A stretch of DNA of 63,869 nucleotides, the filler included, from Rhabdomonas costata (Eukaryota), in NCBI GenBank assembly GCA_019059605.1. It is 16 parts of 16 records of this genome, joined end to end, with 100 filler letters (N's around TTAATTAATTAA, not from the genome) between each part and the next. Parts side by side here need not be neighbours in the genome. Positions count along the whole stretch, not along the records: positions 23,983 to 27,873 come from JAHMHO010000462.1; positions 27,974 to 31,852 come from JAHMHO010000463.1; positions 31,953 to 35,830 come from JAHMHO010000464.1; positions 35,931 to 39,817 come from JAHMHO010000465.1; 12 more parts are not named here. One strand, 5' to 3'. Both the position numbers and the translations under genes were made by a program. Below, in pieces: positions 24,955-36,242 of the stretch. Each line of letters begins with the position of its first letter. Positions within the stretch are counted from its first letter, which is position 1. The notes under the pieces were generated by a model. The model was not told where the DNA came from and did no database searches. It saw only the letters and a program-made list of their open reading frames with translations.

Positions 24955-27450
24955 CTATATATTGAGAAATGTCCTCCAAGGTAAATAAAAAATGAAGCCC
25001 GCACAGGACGCGCGATTCGCTGACCTGGAGAAAGGATTCCTTTTGTTCTTGTTGAAATGCGCGGAGCCCCAAAACGAGTGCCCGCTGGACCCCGGAGGAA
25101 CAATACTTGGGCGGCCCGGGTCTGCTTCGGCGCCATCTCGGCCCCGTGCGGATGCAAACATTGAGAGAGCCTCTTTCTGTCCGGCTGAAAGCTTTGCGGG
25201 AAATTTGACCTGAAGGCAATCCCATACAAACTCCGTAAAACCCCCAAAAAACAAACCCCTTGGTTCAGTAGAATGTCGTCAGCATATCAGCATACGGTGA
25301 AGTAAAAAACACAGCGTAGGCAGAAGTCAGCAAATACAAATGCTAGACAGCCGAAATGCCTCGCAACCGGAGCGAACCAAAAATGGAAACGACCGAACCT
25401 TCCAAGTGAGGTGAAGGTCTCCGGATCCGCCCTTCCTGTTCTTGAGGCCTTTGCTCTTGAGCGTTCGCATGGTATCTGGAGCGGTGCATGGCTCAACGGT
25501 GACGGAGGTCGAACTGCCGCTGCCCGTGGGTACCTCAATCTGTATTCCAGCAAGGAAGTACACCACCCTCGACACCACAGGGCAGGTGCAGAAAGGAAGT
25601 TTGAAGTGTGTAAACGATGTTACCGGGTATTGGTGGAAGCGGGGGGGGGGGCTTCAGTATTATGTGGCCCGGCTATGGCGGGGCAGTTTGCTTTCGAACT
25701 CGATCCGAGAATCAGACTTTAGGAACACACCAGCTCTGTGGCCTGCAACGATGTGTGGTCGGTGACATACACATACATACCACTGCCCGTTTAAAATCGA
25801 CCATTCAGGGAATCTCGCCCCCCCCCACACACACTCACAGAGTTCACCATTGGCAAAATAAACACAAACAAGCAAGCAGACACGCAAAATCTTAGCAAAT
25901 TCGATCTCAGTGGAAATGCCGAAGGCTTCTTTTGAACCTGTATTCCGGATGCAAAGCAGCTTTGTGACCACCCTTCCTCGGCGAGGGGGAAGAAAATGAC
26001 TCTTTGGGTGAACCTCACGCACACAGACGTTGTCTGGGTCATTGTTTTCGGGCGGCCTTCTTCCTTCCCAAAATAATGAGTGGCATACCTCCCCGCCGAG
26101 CAGCGCGGTGGTCAGGGGGAGCTCCACGGTGATGTGCAGGTCCAGGCCCTGCACATCAAAAACGTCACTGGGCTCGACCTCCACCGTGAACCAAATCTTG
26201 CCCGCCTTCAGGGTGTCCCCAGTGCGCACCCCAGGGGGGATCAGCACGGTCACTTTCTGCTGCGAACCAAAACCACAAACCACTTCAAAAGAAAACTGCA
26301 TGTTGTCGATGCATCTCGAGAAGATGGCTGGGAATGGTTGGGTTCCTTTTAAGTTTCTGCAAGGGTTCAAGCAAAGGTCCCTTGTACTGTGACCCAAGAG
26401 GTCAAAGGGCCCAAAATGGTCACTTTGAGATCCCCACGCGGCGACGATCATACCTACGCCGCTCAAATGCCTGGATCCCTGGAGAAATATATCAAGGATT
26501 ACCTGAGACCAAGAACAGAAGCTATGAACCAAAAAGAAAAAAGAAACGCGCGCCTACATACCTTCTTTTGGTTCACATCCTTCGCGCACCCCACCAGTGA
26601 CTCTTGGAATGTGATTCTCAGCGTGGTAGGCGACTTCGGAGTCCTCCTGCATCGAACACGAAGAGGTTCCGACGACGAAGCTGGACGCCGCCAGGCGTTC
26701 AAAAGTGCTCATGTTTTCTCTCTGTGGGCTCTAACTGTTCTAAGACAACATTTGAGGACTTGTAGCTCTCGTCTGTTCTGCAAACGCCGGCAGACTATAC
26801 AGCAGTGCCCTCACAGTCACTGCTGGTAAGGAGCATCACGGCGGCACGTTGCTGTTCTAAGCCTGTGCACAGCAAATTCTCCGAAAGTGCATTTCGTTGA
26901 CCAAATGCATCAAAGGACTTTTTTTTTTGCACAGAAACACACCAGATGGCCGTGCTTCCCGAGCTTAAACAGGAATGTTCAGACCAGAGAGAGGGCGCCC
27001 TGGGATAACTCGCAGCCTCAGCAAAACCTGACCACGCTCAGGCTCTCGCTTCAGACATTAAATGTACGCAATATTCCGTTGGCACGTCCCTTCACAGTTC
27101 ATCCATTGTCGCAGTATGTTACGAACTGGAACCGCTCCGTGATGAGTGATGCACAGATCCTGCAAAGGTGACATGCAACAAAACCAAAAGCCACTTCGCT
27201 GGAGAGCCACACACTGACCAGTGCTTTCCTCCTCGCCGGTTTGAACCAAAGAGATCATCATAATCCCGCTCATCTTCATCGTCATCCTCCTCCGCGTCAG
27301 GCTCGGGAGGAGGCGGAGTGGAGCTCGCGGCATCCCACTCCGCCTCCGAGTCCCACTCCTGCTGGGCTTGCCCTTTCCGGCTGGAACGCCCGGGGCGAGC
27401 CCGCCGCCGGCTTTGCGCGCCCCCTCGACCCTTCCCCTCGTCTGAAGAGG
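24955..27450 (-). CDS. DnaJ/Hsp40 family protein, C-terminal peptide-binding part (5' partial)
   Basis: Exons encode LRITFQESLVGCAK, VTVLIPPGVRTGD, FDVQGLDLHITVELPLTTALLGG, IEVPT...LKSKGL...GDLHLTWK and VKFPAKLSAGQKEAL. Confidence 0.85.
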
Positions 27451-29016
27451 CCAAGGGCTGACACGTCTGAGCACCGGACAGTTGGCCAACGGAGTGCTCG
27501 GCACAACTATGGTCTGTGTACCGCACTGCATATATGCACACATACATATACACTGTACAGAATGTATATTATACTGTACATACTGTATATACTGTATATA
27601 TCCGGTGCACGTTTTAAGAATTGTTCAAAACCCATTCAGAAAAATATTTTTTAATTTTACCTCAAAAGGGAATTCTCTTCTCGTTGTGCATGAGAGTTTA
27701 CGATTTCCGACTAACAGACCGAAAGCATTCGCACTGAACAAGAGGTTTGCACTATTACACCTCAAAAGGAAAAAGCGATTCGAATGAGGACTTGACATCA
27801 CGGGAAGCATGTAACTGTTGCTTGTGCTCGAGGTGCACAACGAGTGGCGGTTTTCTGTCAAAGGGCACCTCACNNNNNNNNNNNNNNNNNNNNNNNNNNN
27901 NNNNNNNNNNNNNNNNNTTAATTAATTAANNNNNNNNNNNNNNNNNNNNNNNNNNNNNNNNNNNNNNNNNNNNGTTTTTTCCAATGCGATTCGTTCAAAC
28001 TTTCGCTTTGCGTCTGTGCACCCTTCGCCGCAGACGCTCCGAGTATCACTCGTCCTCGTTCATCCGCAGCTGCCGCACCTCTTTGGCGTGGACTGGGCCC
28101 ACGGTGCGTATGTGCATGTGCGCATGCAGGGGTGTGCTCTAGCACGTGAGGTGACGTGTGGAGGCTGTGACAGAATTAAGGCAGCGCTTGATGGAGAAAA
28201 AGACGAGCAGGACGAAACAGACTGTTGAACATTTGCATGCAAATATAGTTAGTTAAGCACGAACTGTGCCTATGAAGTGGTATGTTAATCTCTTGCCGCG
28301 TCCAGCGTAGCCGCCTTCCGTTGGACGTCGCGCTTTCCACGTCAGCGACCGCTTCGTTGACCCACAAATCATCCCAGGGGGTCGTGTGGAGATTATGTGG
28401 GAGACTTTAATGAAAAACATCGAAAGTCCCCCGAAAACTAAGCTGTGTGGAGGTGTTCCCCATTTTTGGCCCTCCGTCTCTTTCCACCGTTGCCCTTCTT
28501 CTCGCTCAGCTTAAGCTTGTGATCAACTGCGAGGTCTCAGCCTCTGGGGAGGACGTTGTCGCGTTCCTGCTTCCTAGCTCAGTCGGTTTTGTGGGACCCG
28601 AGTGCTGGGCGGTGGAGAAGTGCCATTTGAGCTCGGAGCCGCAGCCAAGAAATGTGTGTCATCTGTGCGTCTTTGTTTCAACTTTGTGTAGCAGCATTTT
28701 TTTTGGTAAGGTGCGACTGTATGCACTGTCAAGATAGCAGGCTACATCCCTTACTAGTAACGCAGGCTACACCGTAAACCACGGCACCTCACAGGGTGCC
28801 GCGAAGGATCACTGGCTAAATATAGGCAAAAAAAAGTCTTCCGCTCGAAATGTCTACTACACTAAATTCTACATTAAATTCTCTCAATTCTACACTAAAT
28901 TCTACATTTCGGGGTGGACTAGGCTTTGTTTTCCTCCGTCGAAAAGTTTAGCCCCTTTGCTGGAAACCTCCAGGGGCATGGGGATGCCTGGATAACGCGC
29001 TGTGCTCTGTTGACAG

Positions 29017-29726
29017 GTCGAGTTTGCATTGCACGGAGAATCTTGGGGAAGCACCTTTCAGCTGTAGCTTTGGTTTCTGATGGGGGGTGGCATCAGGGAG
29101 AAGAGTGCAGCATTTGCTGCGATGACATCTACGGCACGGAGATCAGGCCTGTAATTCAGACGGTCTCCTCGCTTGCCTGCCCTTTGCTTGGTGTTGCTTG
29201 GTGGGGATTTTCTCTCAGAGTTCCTGGCTGTATTTTGCGTTGGTGTTTTGTAACTCACATTAAGTCAGAAGTTCAGCGCTTGGCCAACTTAGTCGCGAAC
29301 ATTGACCCCGATGATGAGTGAGAGCCATGACATACCACCTCCCTCGAATCCTGGGTTTGCTCCGCGAACACTTGAGAGTTTATGGTTGTCTTTTTTCTGC
29401 GCTGCTCAACAACAACGTTCTTGTGTGGGCGGCTTCAGGCCTGCGGGCATTTCTTCCACCGCCAGTGTCTGGGCAAGACCTGGTACCACTGCCTCCACCG
29501 CAAGCAGCCCTTCCGCTGCCCCGTGTGCCGCGCGGAGGACCCGCTGCACCCCAAGCCTGGGTCGTCGCTTCCGCCTCTCCCACCCCGCAAGGTCACCCTC
29601 GAGGTCACTGCGGCGTCTGGCCCTAGTGGGCCTCAGCTCCTGCTGGTAATGTTAGCGTTTTCGGTCACCGCGGTTGGTTTTTTTTTAGGGCTAATGGACC
29701 TGATACACGGGGACAGGGACGGCTGA
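29017..29726 (+). CDS. RING-H2 E3 ligase with C-terminal transmembrane anchor (start uncertain)
   Basis: Intron 29151-29438 (GT-AG) joins CSICCDDIYGTEIRP to ACGHFFHRQC...CPVC. Hydrophobic LLLVMLAFSVTAVGFFLGL precedes the stop. Confidence 0.8.
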
Positions 29727-30124
29727 CAGCTCAGCTGAGGGCTCATTACAATTGAGAGTCTTTTACATACAGCGATGCGGGGAGCGAACAGGGTGCAAGA
29801 TGTTCCATTTCAGTTTAAGTTTCATGTTTCACTTTTTGCTCGCTGCAGAGTTGAAAGTGCTCTTTTCAGAGCCTCTAGAATACGGCGTAGGTCGTGCCAT
29901 CTGTTTTTGCTTGTGTTGAAACGCTGCTGAAAAATGGACGCCCTCCCAACTTGGGATTCTACTCGCATGACTGCAAACTAACGCAGGGCGATTCCTATGT
30001 CCCCTGGATTTTGTTTATTATGTCCTGGGCGGCGGAGCGGCACAGAACCTAGTTGTTTCTGAGGACCCAGTTCGAACATGCGCAGTGGTTGCAAAACCCG
30101 GATGTGCTTTGGGTCGAGGGCGGG

Positions 30125-30159
<35 letters not shown>

Positions 30160-31713
30160 ATCAATGAGAATGACGCTGTGCCGTTCACGTAACTAATCAT
30201 GCTCTTATGGGTGCTGCTTTTCCAGAGCGGGTGCAAGTATACTGCACTGGTGATGCTGGTGGCTGACCGGAACTTCCCGGCGGACTCCTGGGGCATCTGC
30301 GCGAAGTTTCCGGTGGAGTTGCAGGAGTCCATGGCGGAGATTTGCTACTGAGCAGGAGGTCTCCAACCCTCCAGCGGAACGCAACACTACGAATTCCCTC
30401 TGGGCGGCGGAAAAGAAGCGATGCTGCGGCAAGCGGAATGAGGGAGGCCCCGCCTTTCTGTTTCCTCGCTGAAAAAAGCACGTGCGTTTGTTTGTTTTGT
30501 TTTTCGTTCTGCGTGATGTGTTTCGTGCGACTCTTCTTTTTCTCCGTGTTCTGTGTCGCCCCCGCGTGCGCTTCATGGCTGGCTGAGTGTCGCTGGAAAG
30601 TGAGCAGCTGCACGGAAGCTCAGCTTGGACCCACAGATCTGCACTCTTGTGTGTTCTGTGTGTGTGTTGAAAAGGACAGGTGCACAGCGTTAACTCCTGT
30701 TAACTCCTGGGCGGCTCGATGACTGTGGTGAGGAAGGGCGTCGAGCGGTACCCTTGTATCAACTTTGTGAACCTCTGTTGCAGGGCGCGGAGTCAAACCC
30801 CTCATACTCCGACGAAATGCTTGCCGATGCGTTGTTCTTTTGGGAGTATGGAGTCCTTTTCGCGAAGGGACAGCCATGCTTCAGGCTTGTTTTTTTTGTT
30901 GTTCCGTGCCCTCGTGCTGTTGGGAATGTCGTTTAGTTGGTGTCGGATTTTGCGCACTTCCCTTCTGCTGGTCATGTTACGCTGTTTTGAGTTATCTCCG
31001 GTTCCTGTGCGCTATCTGTGCCCAACCCACTGGTCACACACACGCCTACCACCCCATCCAAGTTGTGTGCCTTGCCGTCGGTCTGCGGGCTGCGCTGGAC
31101 TGCCCTGGGTGTCCTCTCTCTCGTCCGTTTCGATCTTTCCTTGCTGCTTCGGATCCTTCTGTCGCTCCTCGGGCAGAGCTGCACAGACAGAAGCTGAAGG
31201 GCGTCCAGCTCCCTCCTCCGCATCCGACCCACCTCTTCCATTTTGTACAGTGTGTAGTGTGTGCTGCGCCCCCCACCTGATGCGGAGATGATGTTTCTGC
31301 ACATCTCCCTCGGTGTGCGGTTGTTGTTTTGTTGGTTGCCGTGGCCTGTCTATCAACAAGTAATACTCCACTGCCGACAAGGTGCAAAGTGGTGGTTATT
31401 CTGGGTCCTGGAAGGGGGGAGGGGGTCAAGATTTCGGGACAGCAAAATAATTAGGGAGCGTAAACAGCGTGGTGAATTCGAATGGTGGTTCTGAGAAGTT
31501 TTCTTTTTCGACTCAGGAATCTAAAATGGTATTGTCACGTGTGCCTCCGCTTCATTCCTGTGTCCTTTGCGGTTCCCTCTGCAGTAATCTCGCTTTAGTG
31601 TGCTGGTACGCCCGCCATATTACTAGAACATTCTAGCAATCATGGGCCACCTTCAAGGTGCGTGGTTCCTGTATACTGCACTTTTTTCTTTCCGCAGCCA
31701 GTTTGATTGCTTC

Positions 31714-31848
31714 TTTGCCCAATGAGAACTGCAGGAGTGAGAAGTGCGCACTCGGTTCATTACATTGCGTGCCTGCGTGCAGTCTTGTTTGCGTGTATGT
31801 GGTGAACCGAGTGCGCACTTCTCACTCCTGCAGTTCTCATTGGGCAAA
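31714..31848. repeat. Fold-back inverted repeat at contig end (31714-31759 / 31803-31848)
   Basis: Perfect 46-bp arms. Confidence 0.9.
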
Positions 31849-32159
31849 AAAANNNNNNNNNNNNNNNNNNNNNNNNNNNNNNNNNNNNNNNNNNNNTTAA
31901 TTAATTAANNNNNNNNNNNNNNNNNNNNNNNNNNNNNNNNNNNNNNNNNNNNGGTTGGTTTGGTACTTCCCTCATAAAGTTCATTGCAGTTACTTGCATC
32001 TAATTTTTTTTGCTTTGCCCGCCGCCACCTCGAGAGGTTGCTTGCGAGTGATAATCCTTCTCCGACCCACTCACACCATACGTGAAGGTGCCTTTCGAAA
32101 GGGAAGAGGACCGGGCAATGTGTGTCACGAGCCAGGCTGTGGGTTTGGATTCCTCTTAG

Positions 32160-34842
32160 GGAGGCTACTACTGCCCTGGTGCCGCGAACGTCTCCGCCCC
32201 GGTAGGCCTGGAGTGTCCTGCTGGGTTCCAGTGCCCTCCAGGTCCTCCCCCTCCGCACACACACACACACGCCTCCAGAGACGCAATGAAAGCATAGTGG
32301 CAGTCACCGTTACTCCGTGGCACCACTGTGACAGAGGGCTCTGGTGAGCACCTTGGCACCTCTGCGAGGGCTATGTGCTTCGCTGGCTGCCCGCTGCGGA
32401 GACACACGCAGCTCACGAATGCAGAAGACAGGGGTTGGAGAAGGGCACAGTGAAGAAGTGATCAATGAGGATAAATATGAAAAAAGTTAAGTAAAAAGTA
32501 AATATGGAAACCCTGCCCTGCCCTGGATATATGCTAGGCAAACAGATCGGTTGTTTCACACACACACACACTCTCACTCACTGTATCTCTTTGTACGGGG
32601 TCACTGGGTGTCACTCCCAGGAAGTTTCACACCCGTGCTGTGCCCCATGGGTCAGTACCAGGACAAGGCTGGTCAGGCCAACTGCACGGTGCGTTTTCGT
32701 GTCTCCGCGTGTTTGTTTTTTTGCTCATTGTGCTTGCACCATTCCAAGAGAAGCGAAGTTGGTCTTGCTGATGAGGTTGTGCTTGCCTGTGGTGGGTGCG
32801 TGGATGCCTTGGGATCACTCTCGAGTGATGGTCACTCGCAAATTTTCGCTTTATGGCGCAGCGAAATAACCTTTAAGACGGTTGCTCTCAAATCACCTGT
32901 TGTTTACGTTTTGAGAGCACTCGTTTGAAAGCCCGTGTTTGTCAGTTTAAGTTTTGACCCCCTATTTTTTCAGCTTCACCTGCATTTTTGCCCTCCAGCT
33001 TTGTCCTGCGGGGTACTACTGCAATGTTGATGAGAAGTGTAACATCTACCCTAACTCGTCGCTGTACGTCAACTACACCCAGCCCCACGAGTGCCCCCGC
33101 GGGCACTACTGCCCTGCGGGAACGGCCCTCCCTCTTGAATGTATTGTTGTATTGTGCCAGAATGCCGAGAGCGAATTGGGGGGGGGGGTCGATCTGCGCT
33201 TCTGTTTGGCCTCTTGTGAGTTGTCGGATGAGCAACTGTCTCCAGTCCTTTCAACCCGGTGATTCCTTACGCTTGCAGAACACTCTTTGAACGACATGAT
33301 CACCTTCTGGTCTTCTCCCGTACAGCTCATGCCAGAATTTCACAGCAGAACACGATCTATTTCCCGGATGTTCAGCTGCCAACAGTCCTGAATGTATGTG
33401 GGACCTTCTATCCCTACCGCTCTTGAACTCTCAGGTCCGTCGGGGTACTTCAGCAACGTCACCCGGGTCACTGCGCTTTCGTTGTGCACCCCATGCACTC
33501 CGGGACAGTACTGCGGCTCTTCCGGCCTCACCGTGCCCACGGGGCCGTGCTCCGCGGCATATTTCTGCTCTGGCGGGGCCTCCGCCCCGACACAAGAGCT
33601 GTGCCTTCCCGGAGGCTATTGCCCCTCGGGGTCTCATTATCCCCACCCTTGTTTTTGTTCGTGTTTGCTGGTTTGTGTGTGTGTGTGAAATAGAATATTT
33701 TTTTTGGACAATCGCGGTGTTTGAACGGGGGAAAATTTTTGCTGATAAGTGATATGGGATATGTAGACCGTTAACCACTTCTTCACAACGCTCATGAATA
33801 TTTTGGTTATCTATGTACCATTTAAGGAAATATTTTTCTAAGTTTAATTGTTGTTTTTTATCTTGTTCGGTTTGTTCCGTTAGCGCTTGTTCGTTTAGTA
33901 ATAGTGCTTTATGTATGTCAAGCATATACATGCCGTTAACAGTATCGCGTTCTTCAATTTCGCATTTATACTTTTTACATATTGCATTAACTATAATATG
34001 AATAAGATCTTCTAATAATTTGTATTTTTCCTATATGCTGCTTCTATATCCTCTTTATACTCATTTGTTAATTTTAAGAATAACGTACTTAGATTTGGTA
34101 CATCAACCATTATGCCCCTGAATTCACTCGCCAGGAGAATGTCAGATGGCGGGTTACTCATCTGCCGCAGTATGGATTCAAGCAGTGTATCGTTTTTTCC
34201 TTTGCAGAGGAGGGTCGGGGAGTACAATGGTCTAAAGTTTGGCAGGGCCCATCACCTCGAAAATTCCTCTCTCCCCGCATGCACCACATACGGCCGGCGT
34301 AGTCCCTTTTCGTGTGTACCGTCCTTTAACCTCATGTGAAACCACCTATCTCTCCGCGAATCCCGCTGCCCTCCCCTGTGGGTAAATATCAGATGCAGGT
34401 ACGCCCCAAAACTGTCCTTCTCAGCCTTTGTCCCCACCCGACCGCCACCCCTTGGCAGGACTGCTGTGCCGTTGCCCTGCCCGAGGGGGACCTATAACCC
34501 GGGCTACGGCTCGGCCAACTCCAGCGGCTGCCAACCCTGCTCCCCGGGGACCTACTGCGCCAGCGCAGGACTCAGCCAACCCACCGACTGCTGTGGTACT
34601 CTTTTTCTTAGCATGCGTCGCAATGGTAGTAGCGCTATTCAGTTCTTTGGTTTGGCTGACTCTCAATATGCTGCGGCCAAACCATGCCTTCCCAACTGCT
34701 TCCCGTCGCTTACGTTTTTCCTAAATCTCCACAGCGCCTGGGTTTTACTGCTCTGGGGGGAATGTGGTGGCGAATGCCACGGCCTGCCCGTCCTACCGAT
34801 ACTGCCCTCGCTGCAGCGTGCAGCCCGTGCCCTGCCCCTCTG
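32160..34842 (+). CDS. Cysteine-rich GCC2/GCC3 (ephrin-receptor-like) repeat surface protein, internal exons
   Basis: Six phase-compatible GT-AG exons (32160-32241, ~32621-32688, ~32999-33140, ~33435-33630, ~34459-34595, ~34735-34842) with repeated CPxGxYC, CxxCPAGYYC and PTGPCSAAYFC units. Confidence 0.85.
33690..34230 (-). pseudogene. AT-rich foreign-looking ORF fragment inside an intron
   Basis: ORF 34227-34012 and the frame of ORF 33931 merge if one base is added in the A-run near 34025. The Lys/Glu/Ile/Tyr-rich translation and AT-rich codons contrast with the GC-rich flanking exons. Confidence 0.45.
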
Positions 34843-35272
34843 GTACTGCTTTTTGTCCACCCCCGCTGTTGCAGACCATGTGGTGTGGTGTCGACCTGCC
34901 GCCCTGCCTTTGCTGAACCCCCCCCCCCCCATCCGGTTCGCTCTGCGCCATCTCTCTCTCTCTCTCTTGAAGCTTGCGTAAAAACTCCATTCTTTATCAT
35001 CACGCCTCTTATCTCCATTAAGCAGCAACAACAATCTAAATGTGGTTGCGACATGTACCTTCTGTGTGTTTGTCTGTGTGGATATGTGCGTGAACTCCGT
35101 GCGGTACCATGCACACCACCAACTGCAAAACTGCAACTGCAAGGTGGTAGAGCACGCTGTAGGAAAACGGCAAAACTCGATTTAATAGGGCCATCACCAG
35201 GGAAAATGGCCGATAATTCGAGTTCTTGCATCAATTTCCACTCGCCTAGGTCACGTCCCCGTTTTTTCTGTT

Positions 35273-35829
35273 TTTGTCCTATTTTACAATTTTAAAGCGC
35301 TTTCCCCCAAAAGATGTTCCGTTTCTCACCCCAACTCCAAAACCAGCGCGTGTGTTATGTGAGTCTCGCCATATTGCGTCAGATTGATTGCCATCGCAAG
35401 TGTGGGCACACCAGAGGATGGGCACGCTTGAGTTCGGGCTGGGGCCCACGCACAGACTGTTGTCCTCACAGACGTCGGAGCAGTAGAAGCCTGCCGGGCA
35501 GCGCTTGCAGCTGCCTTGTCCCGCCTGGTCCTGGTAGAACCCTGTGTGTGTGTGTGAGGGGGGGGGGAACATTCTGGGAGCAGGCACGGGAATCCCACAA
35601 GCACACACTGATTTTGCCGAAGTTGACCAGAGGAACATTTTCATGTTTTGACAAAACAAAAAACAGGAAATAAAATGGAGCTCGAAATGGACAATAATTC
35701 CAGGGCCAACAAGGCGCAGATCCCGAAGGGACATTCTGCAATCAAGGTTTCGGACTCAACATTTACTGCATGGGGCACTGGAACAGTTTCTGGTGTGGAA
35801 AGCGCTTTAAAATTGTAAAATAGGACAAA
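35273..35829. repeat. Fold-back inverted repeat at contig end (35273-35305 / 35797-35829) enclosing an inverted exon
   Basis: Perfect 33-bp arms about 490 bp apart. Confidence 0.9.
35450..35541 (-). CDS. Next exon of the GCC2/GCC3-repeat gene, lying on the opposite strand
   Basis: CACAG|GG TTC TAC CAG gives GFYQDQAGQGSCKRCPAGFYC, which continues CPS-G| of the last plus-strand exon in the correct phase. Confidence 0.75.
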
Positions 35830-36242
35830 CNNNNNNNNNNNNNNNNNNNNNNNNNNNNNNNNNNNNNNNNNNNNTTAATTAATTAANNNNNNNNNNNNNN
35901 NNNNNNNNNNNNNNNNNNNNNNNNNNNNNNCAATTCGATGGGCAACAGGCGGTGTAGAGCCAATGCCTGGACCCACTTTCGAGGGATACAGGCAGAAGGG
36001 TTTTTGTACATACGTTGTGCGTGCCGTCGATACACCCTCCGCTGGGGAAAGAAGCGGCACAAGATAAAAAAGGAAGCCGCCAAGGGGCACGGGTGGAGGG
36101 TGCAAGGACCGGTCACACAGCGTTTCGGGAGACTCACTGTACATAGAAAAGACCCCGAGTCTGATTCGGCTTTGCTCTCGAAAAAGCTAGAGGTTCCAGT
36201 TCTTAAAGAATACTTTATGCCCGAACGAGGCGGCACGAGCAC

